IMG/VR virus record: IMGVR_UViG_3300034117_002447
Location: 1-64,000 of that record
Reading direction: 5' to 3' (one strand)
DNA: 64,000 bases
Within the stretch, counting starts at the first letter, position 1, and every line of letters starts with the position of its first letter. The notes under the pieces are model-generated. The model searched no databases. It was given only the letters and a program-made list of their open reading frames with translations, and was not told the origin of the DNA. Of the stretch, positions 55,679 to 62,188 are shown piece by piece. The translations under genes and the position numbers were made by a program.

Positions 55679-55724
55679 CTCACGGTCCGTAGCCGTGTGT
55701 TCTGATCCATTGAACTACCGGGGC
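55652..55724 (-). tRNA. trnR-ACG: tRNA-Arg(ACG)
   Basis: GCCCCGG/CTGGGGT acceptor; CACGG-CT-ACG-GA-CCGTG anticodon arm; TTCGAAT T-loop; no encoded CCA. Confidence 0.93.
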
Positions 55725-55733
55725 AGGTACTAA

Positions 55734-55964
55734 TTAGTTTCGGTTATGTGCAGCTTTCCAGCGCTCTTGCAGACCTTCCCAGTAGCCACTTTCGTTTTGA
55801 AAACGTTGAACCACTTGAACATCTTCGGGAAAACCTAGTGCAAGCTTAGCCTGATTACGAATATCAGCCTTCATAATTGTCTGAATCAAGGCTGTGTGAA
55901 ACGATCCAGCTGTTCCAATCTTATAGAACATGAATTCTCTTTCTGCGTTTGTTATTTCTTCCAT
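55734..55964 (-). CDS. small conserved phage protein within the tRNA array
   Basis: GSFHTALI.....AD..N..KL..GFPE pattern; TAGTACAATA upstream. Confidence 0.7.
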   Translation of the reverse strand: MEEITNAEREFMFYKIGTAGSFHTALIQTIMKADIRNQAKLALGFPEDVQVVQRFQNESGYWEGLQERWKAAHNRN

Positions 55965-55988
55965 AGCTATATTGTACTAAATAATTTG

Positions 55989-56062
55989 TAATCCAGGCAG
56001 GACTCGAACCTGCGACCTACCGCTTAGAAGGCGGTTGCTCTATTCCACTGAGCTACTGGACT
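55989..56062 (-). tRNA. trnR-TCT: tRNA-Arg(TCT)
   Basis: AGTCCAG/CTGGATT acceptor; ACCGC-CT-TCT-AA-GCGGT. Confidence 0.93.
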
Positions 56063-56063
56063 A

Positions 56064-56151
56064 TGGCGGAGAGTGGAGGTCTCGATCCCCATTCCCTTTC
56101 GGGAACCGCTCGCTTAGCAGGCGGCGACAACACCTTGTTGCTTCACTCTCC
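56064..56151 (-). tRNA. trnS-GCT: tRNA-Ser(GCT), non-canonical (8/4) fold
   Basis: GGAGAGTG/CACTCTCC 8-bp acceptor, 5-bp D stem, CT-GCT-AA loop, long variable arm, 4-bp T stem with ATCGAGA loop, G73, CCA encoded. Confidence 0.85.
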
Positions 56152-56156
56152 ATTAG

Positions 56157-56237
56157 TACTCCCGGTGGGACTCGAACCCACAAGCATTGCGCACTCGATC
56201 TTAAGCCGAGCGTGTTTACCAGTTTCACCACGGGAGC
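56157..56237 (-). tRNA. trnL-TAA: tRNA-Leu(TAA)
   Basis: GCTCCCG/CGGGAGT acceptor; CTCGG-CT-TAA-GA-TCGAG; variable arm; A73. Confidence 0.93.
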
Positions 56238-56244
56238 ATTTTTG

Positions 56245-56320
56245 TACCTCTGGTGGGATTCGAACCCACAAAATCTCTTGATCCTAAGTCAAGCGGCTTT
56301 ACCAGTTTACCCACAGAGGC
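56245..56320 (-). tRNA. trnL-TAG: tRNA-Leu(TAG) with very short variable region
   Basis: GCCTCTG/CAGAGGT acceptor; CTTGA-CT-TAG-GA-TCAAG; variable region only AGATTTT. Confidence 0.88.
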
Positions 56321-56323
56321 AGT

Positions 56324-56401
56324 TGGGGTAAACGATCGGGATCGAACCGACGACCTCCTGAACCACAATCAGGCGCTCTAACCAACTGAGCTACGTCTAC
56401 C
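56324..56401 (-). tRNA. trnH-GTG: tRNA-His(GTG)
   Basis: G-1 and C73; CCTGA-TT-GTG-GT-TCAGG; CCA encoded. Confidence 0.95.
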
Positions 56402-56416
56402 ATGTAAAAGAACGAG

Positions 56417-56500
56417 CGGAAGAGTGAGGTATCGATCCCCATACCCGAAGGTACCACTAGTTTTCAAGACTAGGTCCAGCGCCAGCTGAATTACTCTTCC
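56417..56500 (-). tRNA. trnS-TGA: tRNA-Ser(TGA), likely (8/4) fold
   Basis: GGAAGAGT/ACTCTTCC; CTAGT-CT-TGA-AA-ACTAG; GTACC-TTCG-GGTAT variable arm; GGGG-ATCGATA-CCTC T arm; G73. Confidence 0.9.
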
Positions 56501-56508
56501 AGTTTTTG

Positions 56509-56578
56509 AGGTCAATGTTGGAATCGAACCAACTCCTCAGATTTTGCAGACCTGACGGCCTCCACGACCAAACTGACC
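56509..56578 (-). tRNA. trnC-GCA: tRNA-Cys(GCA)
   Basis: GGTCAGT/ATTGACC acceptor; CAGGT-CT-GCA-AA-ATCTG; U73; compact D arm. Confidence 0.92.
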
Positions 56579-56580
56579 AA

Positions 56581-56616
56581 AAACAAAAAAGGCTTAAACG
56601 TTAGTCTAAGCCTTTT
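56581..56616 (-). terminator. attenuator-type intrinsic terminator immediately upstream of the tRNA array
   Basis: AAAAGGCTTAGAC-TAAC-GTTTAAGCCTTTTTTGTTT on the minus strand, ending a few nt before tRNA-Cys. Confidence 0.9.
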
Positions 56617-56640
56617 CAGTAGAAGTTTTCTTATCTTACA

Positions 56641-56712
56641 TCACGGCCTAGACACATCGAGACTTAATCTCAACGAACGTAAACAAAGTGAATGTAAGGA
56701 TAATGTTTTCAT
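56641..56712 (-). CDS. leader peptide MKTLSLHSLCLRSLRLSLDVSRP (putative tRNA-operon attenuator peptide)
   Basis: ATG...TGA, 23 aa; codons 4-18 are all Leu/Ser/His/Cys/Arg; the 3' end GTCTAGGCC is complementary to the terminator 5' arm GGCTTAGAC. Confidence 0.8.
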   Translation of the reverse strand: MKTLSLHSLCLRSLRLSLDVSRP

Positions 56713-56717
56713 GTTAA

Positions 56718-56727
56718 TAATATACTA
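56718..56727 (-). promoter_or_regulatory. early-type promoter motif TAGTATATTA driving leader and tRNA array
   Basis: Identical 10-mer at 32605, 52695 and 61987; variants at 11593, 36845, 48266, 49617 and 55970. A late-type ATAAATA is also present at 56747-56753. Confidence 0.7.
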
Positions 56728-56749
56728 CAATATTTCTAATTGGTTTTAT

Positions 56750-58081
56750 TTATTCTTTTCTTTTTGCTAATTTTCTTTTAACTGCTTCCCGAGTCGACTC
56801 CATTTTCTTGGCATAACTTGGATTTTTTCGCTTGTTAAAATTAATTTGTTGATTTAGCGATCCAGTAATCTTTTGCATGTTACCACCTCTTGTTCTGATT
56901 AACCAATCCGCTAATTTATTAACTCCAAGGTCTCTGAATTTTCCATTTGCATCAGGTGCATCAGAATCGTGCCATTTAAGTTTTTTCTTTTCTGAAATTT
57001 CATCTTCATCAGCTTCATCATCTTCTTCGTCATCCCATCTGTGATACTGTTCCTCAATTGCCTTATTTAAAAGATCTTGAATTTTGTCGTACATTCCAAG
57101 CGAGTCTTCGAAACCAGTTACGGCACTCATAAAGAGTTCAATATCTTCAGCTATCTCATTAGACTTCATTGAAACTGGATCTCCATTTTGGAATAGGTCA
57201 GACCATTCATAGTCTTCAAGTTCAGCATCTTCGTAAAGTCCGATATCTTTTTGTGCGACACTAACTGACGACTTAACAGTTTCATCGATAAAGTTTATTC
57301 TGACTTCAAAATCAGTCCATACGTCTCTTTCTATATCCGGATATTCGGATGAATCTATTCCGTAATCATCTATAGATTGATTGAACTGGCCTGAAACAAT
57401 AACGATTTGATCTTCTGCAGTTGCTCCATTGACTAGTTCTGCGATTGCATCAGTGTCAACTCCACCAAAACCCATTGCTCTTAGTTCTGCAGCTTCTTCA
57501 TCAGATAAGTTCTCAATTATGAATTTTCCTTTTGTGTTAGGCTCATCAGAATCATGCCATTTAAGTTTCTTCTTTTCTGATACTTCTCCAAGACGTCTAT
57601 CGATTATGTCATTTACTATATCGACTGCCATGTCTACAAACATGCCTTCGTATTCAATTCGCTGCAAAATCTGAGTTAACTCATCAGCGATTCCTTGAGA
57701 ATCGTGATTTTCTGAATCCAGTTTAAAATCAACTTCATACGCATTACCTGCACCGTCAAAATCAATCCCAGAATTTAAGACTGCCACTTGTACTTTAGAT
57801 TTCATTGTCTCAAAGTCGAAATCAACATAGTACTGAACAAGGAACACGCTATCTAATTCAGCAGCCTCTGCTCTTTCTGGATCAAGTCCTAAATCATCAG
57901 CTGTCATATCAAATCCCAAATCGAAACCTAATGTCGTGTCGGTCTTCTCCTCTGGGTTGTATTCGGCCATTAATCCTTGAATTTCATCCGTGTCAATCTT
58001 TGAATTAAAACCTAATGCTGCTAATTCTTCAGCATCATCAGTATTTTCATTAACGAATTGTGTAAATCGTTTAAGTCTCAT
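56750..58081 (-). CDS. very acidic modular protein, capsid-targeting-like N-terminus
   Basis: LKRFTQFVNE; two acidic domains each preceded by ELxA(L/M)GF and each followed by SEKKKLKWHDSD. Confidence 0.75.
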   Translation of the reverse strand: MRLKRFTQFVNENTDDAEELAALGFNSKIDTDEIQGLMAEYNPEEKTDTTLGFDLGFDMTADDLGLDPERAEAAELDSVFLVQYYVDFDFETMKSKVQVAVLNSGIDFDGAGNAYEVDFKLDSENHDSQGIADELTQILQRIEYEGMFVDMAVDIVNDIIDRRLGEVSEKKKLKWHDSDEPNTKGKFIIENLSDEEAAELRAMGFGGVDTDAIAELVNGATAEDQIVIVSGQFNQSIDDYGIDSSEYPDIERDVWTDFEVRINFIDETVKSSVSVAQKDIGLYEDAELEDYEWSDLFQNGDPVSMKSNEIAEDIELFMSAVTGFEDSLGMYDKIQDLLNKAIEEQYHRWDDEEDDEADEDEISEKKKLKWHDSDAPDANGKFRDLGVNKLADWLIRTRGGNMQKITGSLNQQINFNKRKNPSYAKKMESTREAVKRKLAKRKE

Positions 58082-58665
58082 TATCCTGGGAAATTGTCTA
58101 GTGCTGCATCAACTTCATCCATTAAGTCCGGTCTTGCTCTCTGAATTGCTCCAGCGATTGAGCCGACTAAATTAATCAGTTCGTGATATTCTGAATAGGT
58201 ATCGTATGCACTATCGTTATTTTTAATAGAGATAACATCGATCGTTGTATCTTGAATATATGCTAGTAGGGTATCGAAATTTACCTGACTTGCTGAGTAA
58301 ACTCCATCCTCTTCATCTTCGTTATCATAATCTTCAGTTGAGTCAAGGTAATCATTGTACTGTCTGGCCTGACTCACTAGCTCCGCAAGTTCAGCTTGAG
58401 AATCTCCGACCTTGGCTGAAGTTAGGTCTTCGTGAGATATTTTAGTTAGAGCAAAAACTGGAACTTTAACAATATTGCCTTTTGAGTTATGTAATTCAAC
58501 TTTTGCAAAATCGCTATCGATATCAAGCACTTGGCCTTTACCTCGGTATGAGTCAACGTAATTTCCTACATTGATCTCTGGTGAATTGTCATCAGCTAAT
58601 TCCTTTTCTGGATTGTCTAGGAATCTGTCAAGATCAAATTCTTCGTATAGTTTAAGGTGTTTCAT
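58081..58665 (-). CDS. acidic hypothetical protein with KOW/SH3-like segment
   Basis: MKHLKLYEEF; TATAAATA at 58671-58678. Confidence 0.75.
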   Translation of the reverse strand: MKHLKLYEEFDLDRFLDNPEKELADDNSPEINVGNYVDSYRGKGQVLDIDSDFAKVELHNSKGNIVKVPVFALTKISHEDLTSAKVGDSQAELAELVSQARQYNDYLDSTEDYDNEDEEDGVYSASQVNFDTLLAYIQDTTIDVISIKNNDSAYDTYSEYHELINLVGSIAGAIQRARPDLMDEVDAALDNFPG

Positions 58666-58669
58666 AGAG

Positions 58670-60406
58670 TTATTTATACTCTATTCGCAATCTCGCTTTG
58701 AAGTCAGGTGGGAATTGATCACCTGCGGATTTCATTAGGTCTGCGAAACATCCATCAAGTAGATGAGTCACCGCCCAATCCTCAGGTGTACGTATTGAGC
58801 GGCCTACTCCTTGCAGGACAGCGATTGAGGTCTTCCAATTGTACCATTGCTGGCTGTATTCCAATTTAGCAGCAACGTACTTGTCGCCGAGATGAGGGTA
58901 CGGAACCTTTAAGAAGATTTGGAATCTACTCTGGTCGTCAACCATGTTCAAGCCTTCAAGAATAGATGGACCCATCAGTACCATTGCCTTCTTCTTCTTC
59001 ATTATCTTTAGCGCGATCTCTTTCTCTTCAGATCCTTTATAGAGAACAATGCGTTTCTTAACATCTTTGGGAAGACCTGTCCAGATCTTAGTATTCAATT
59101 CATAAGAACCTGAATGAATGATTCCGGAGTGCTCAGAGTTCTCCCTGACTATTCTGGTTACTGAATCAATTGCCCATTGTAGATTCTCTTGTAGGAATCT
59201 GGTTGACATTTTTTTACCTGGATAGAAAATGATAGGTGACTTCTCCCAATTGAAATGACTTTCAATCTTAAAGTACTTAGCCTTCTTGATTCCGTGATTT
59301 CTCATGAAATCGCTGGGACTGCCCATTGTAGCAGTCATCAGTAACTTGAATCCAAATTTCGTAAAGAAGTGTTTCTGTAATAGGTAGTACTCATCGATAC
59401 AGTTGAATGTGATTGACTTTTCGCCAGGATTCTTTACGAGCTTCTCAAGACCTACTTGTTCAATGATTTTACAATAGTCTTCTAGTTTACAGTGAACGTC
59501 CTTACACCAGTCCGCCATGCCAAAGACAGCCAACCATTCGGATGGAATGCTGCCCTCTAAAAATTCAATTGATGCATTTTCTCTAAGCGAAGAGGTTGCC
59601 TGAACTGCAATGCTCAAGAGTCTAGTAACCTCCTTAAGTAATTTAAGCAAGTTGCCATGATCCTCCTGTTCGTAAATCATATCAATCACTTTTGCTAATC
59701 GTTCAGTGTCCACTTGTGGTATCTTTTGGCCAATATCGCCGGTGCTTTCAATTAAGCTCTCAGTCTTTTTAACAATTTCATGCGAAACGATTGGACTGAA
59801 ATGGCTCTGTACAATATCAAGTAGCTTATGGGCCTCATCGCATACTACAAAATCTCTTTGTGGAAATGGGGAGCCCTTACCGTTGCCTTGCTGATTTTGC
59901 TCAACGTAATTTCGTTGAATCAGGGCGTATGGATAGGTTAACAGAGAGACTGGCGACTTGATTGCCTTTTTTCTTGAGGTCAAGTAGCCACATTGTTTGA
60001 AACACGGAAGAGATTCAGCCTTTTCATAAGAGGTTCCTTTACTCTTGCACTCACCGACTGAAAATTTCTCGTCGTTCACAACGCATCGGTAGTTATCAAC
60101 ACCTTTTATATTACCCCAATTCCATACCTGCAACTTTTTAAAATCTTTGACGTATTGTTCATGAAGAGAGAGGTCAGATGCTAAGATATAGCCGCGATTT
60201 CCCTTAAATGCAAGAAAATCAGCAAATAACATTGCGATAACTGACTTGCCTGATCCAGTCGGCGCATCAAGTAGATAAATTCCATTATGGTCTTCTTCGT
60301 ATGCTGAAATAATATCGATTATCGCTTCTTTTTGCTGAGGTCTAAACTCAATGCTCGGATGTTTACCTTTTATGAACTCTTCAAAGTCCCGTGTGAGTTT
60401 ACTCAT
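58670..60406 (-). CDS. DinG/YoaA-like SF2 helicase
   Basis: FRPQQKE, APTGSGKS, Fe-S-type Cys cluster (RC..EC..C...CGY), DEAH, TATM, EGLN, KVPYP and QGVGR.IR motifs. Confidence 0.9.
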   Translation of the reverse strand: MSKLTRDFEEFIKGKHPSIEFRPQQKEAIIDIISAYEEDHNGIYLLDAPTGSGKSVIAMLFADFLAFKGNRGYILASDLSLHEQYVKDFKKLQVWNWGNIKGVDNYRCVVNDEKFSVGECKSKGTSYEKAESLPCFKQCGYLTSRKKAIKSPVSLLTYPYALIQRNYVEQNQQGNGKGSPFPQRDFVVCDEAHKLLDIVQSHFSPIVSHEIVKKTESLIESTGDIGQKIPQVDTERLAKVIDMIYEQEDHGNLLKLLKEVTRLLSIAVQATSSLRENASIEFLEGSIPSEWLAVFGMADWCKDVHCKLEDYCKIIEQVGLEKLVKNPGEKSITFNCIDEYYLLQKHFFTKFGFKLLMTATMGSPSDFMRNHGIKKAKYFKIESHFNWEKSPIIFYPGKKMSTRFLQENLQWAIDSVTRIVRENSEHSGIIHSGSYELNTKIWTGLPKDVKKRIVLYKGSEEKEIALKIMKKKKAMVLMGPSILEGLNMVDDQSRFQIFLKVPYPHLGDKYVAAKLEYSQQWYNWKTSIAVLQGVGRSIRTPEDWAVTHLLDGCFADLMKSAGDQFPPDFKARLRIEYK

Positions 60407-60783
60407 TTATCGTTGTTATTTTTAGAAGAAACTGCCTGTATCAACAAGCTTGCAGTCGAATAGTTCGTTGCAATAGGAATATTATACACATTACACAATC
60501 TAAGTAACATTTGAACGTCAACTTCATGCGGATGTGCAGTTAATGGATCAATAAAGAAGATAACTCCATCTATTTTACCGTTGACTAACTCTGCTGCGAT
60601 CTGAGCGTCTCCGCCTTGCGGTCCAGACTTCATTCGGTCGACCTCAAGACCTGCATGCTCAATGTGAGTACCGGTCGTACCAGTTGCAACAACCTCGTGC
60701 TGCTTAAAAAAATCAAGACGCTTCATGATGAATGCCACCATGTCCGCCTTTTTATTATCGTGTGCAATTACTGCTATTCTCAT
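60403..60783 (-). CDS. mgsA: methylglyoxal synthase
   Basis: IAHDNKK, ATGTTG, SGPQGGDAQI, DPL..HPHEVDV and PIATN motifs. Confidence 0.95.
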   Translation of the reverse strand: MRIAVIAHDNKKADMVAFIMKRLDFFKQHEVVATGTTGTHIEHAGLEVDRMKSGPQGGDAQIAAELVNGKIDGVIFFIDPLTAHPHEVDVQMLLRLCNVYNIPIATNYSTASLLIQAVSSKNNNDK

Positions 60784-60794
60784 ATTTCGTTTAA

Positions 60795-61103
60795 TTAATC
60801 TTCTGATCCTATTATGTAGTCGTACTCACAGCATGGATATTCTCTACCGCGCTCATCAATCCAGCACCAAACTTTATCAGCTTTAATCCACTTCCAGTCA
60901 ACTCCCTCTTCGCCTTCCGGTAAATTAGGTGAGTCTAGTGGTGGATGATACGAGTTTACACTAACGTAATTGTGATTACAATCACATCCACGAGAGACAC
61001 AATCATCACATGAATTTGGATTACCTCCATCTCTATAACCTGGCCCGTAACACCAAGTTGCGATCTTTCCGCAGTCGCAACGTTCCTTACCAGCTACCGA
61101 CAT
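60795..61103 (-). CDS. Cys-rich hypothetical protein
   Basis: CDCG...CDDCVSRGCDC...YPCCEY. Confidence 0.7.
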   Translation of the reverse strand: MSVAGKERCDCGKIATWCYGPGYRDGGNPNSCDDCVSRGCDCNHNYVSVNSYHPPLDSPNLPEGEEGVDWKWIKADKVWCWIDERGREYPCCEYDYIIGSED

Positions 61104-61293
61104 CAGTTAAGTCTAATGGATGTTTTGGTGCATTGCTGCTAGTGACAGTGATTGTGTCTCCGATTCCACATGATGATACTGTCCAGGTTAAGTTTCCCCA
61201 TTCGCCAAACAGGGCTTTTAGGTGCTTACCCCAAGCATCAAACTTTTTCTGCTGCTTGTCGTTTAGGGTTATTGATATTATCGTGTTTGCCAT
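61087..61293 (-). CDS. hypothetical protein
   Basis: C-terminal LDLTDVGSW pattern. Confidence 0.65.
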   Translation of the reverse strand: MANTIISITLNDKQQKKFDAWGKHLKALFGEWGNLTWTVSSCGIGDTITVTSSNAPKHPLDLTDVGSW

Positions 61294-61981
61294 ATTGTTT
61301 CTTGTATTTCTTAAATATCTTTTCGAATTTCTTAGCTGCCGTAACTGAGCCTCTGGTCTTTGCCATCGTTGCCGTTAATCCTGTCGCCATATAAGCCTGA
61401 ATCTCATCCGCGATTACGTGGCTTGTGTAGCCGATTTGAATCAAGTAGCTTTCAAGCTGTTCGTATAGATCTCGCTTTAAAGATAATACTAACTCCATCA
61501 TCTCGGTTTTATACGCCTTATTTGTATAGAATAGCCCGTGAGCAAATTCATGATCCATTACTCTTGATTCCAATGAATCGACTCCAAGTAGATAGAACTT
61601 ACCTTTTTTCTGGTACTGTCTAATAATAGACACAACCTCTGTCATTTCATGATCGTACGAAGTTATGTCAGTATGATACTGATAAACTCCTCGCATACAG
61701 GCTTCAAGAGATTCGCTAGGAACATTGTATCCGCTCCAGTCCGCTGTGTAACTAAAATAGTTAGCTGATCTCTCTTTTCGGTAACGATTCATGTAGACAA
61801 AAATATCAAAGTCCTGTCCTCTAAATTCAGGAAAAGGGGATTCATAATACTCTTGTGCTCTAAGAAAGAGCATCGCTCTCTCAAAAGAGTCCTTTGCCAA
61901 GACTGCATAAATCTTTGGAGCGATTTCATACAACTCATAATTAATAAGCTTTGAATTCTCCTGTTTGTGTAGTACTTTCAT
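61238..61981 (-). CDS. hypothetical protein with HExxH zinc-metalloprotease-like motif
   Basis: DHEFAHG...DEIQAY; TAGTATATTA directly upstream. Confidence 0.7.
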   Translation of the reverse strand: MKVLHKQENSKLINYELYEIAPKIYAVLAKDSFERAMLFLRAQEYYESPFPEFRGQDFDIFVYMNRYRKERSANYFSYTADWSGYNVPSESLEACMRGVYQYHTDITSYDHEMTEVVSIIRQYQKKGKFYLLGVDSLESRVMDHEFAHGLFYTNKAYKTEMMELVLSLKRDLYEQLESYLIQIGYTSHVIADEIQAYMATGLTATMAKTRGSVTAAKKFEKIFKKYKKQYGKHDNINNPKRQAAEKV

Positions 61982-61995
61982 AAGTCTAATATACT

Positions 61996-62026
61996 AAAAA
62001 AGGCGACCGTTAGATCGATCGCCTTA
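61996..62026 (-). terminator. intrinsic terminator ending the tRNA/ncRNA transcript
   Basis: AAGGCGATCG...CGGTCGCCTT stem followed by TTTT on the minus strand. Confidence 0.75.
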
Positions 62027-62188
62027 ATTCAATTTACCTTGCCAATTGTAAGTAGGTTTAGTTGTGGACTTTTACTTCTTATGCGTCCATAAGAATCCTT
62101 CCAGTCAGTGTTTCTTTTTCTACAGTCTTTAAACTATCGTTGCACGTTATCTGACAATTTCAACACGAAGCAAGCGTGTTAACAATCG

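Noticed and set aside
3918-61623. Short opposite-strand or alternate-frame ORFs in the track (e.g. 3918-4112, 4013-4234, 6462-6788, 10673-10933, 24346-24633, 38148-38363, 56035-56331, 56063-56281, 61010-61348)
   Set aside because: They are shadows of well-supported genes or tRNAs, with no motifs and biased antisense composition.
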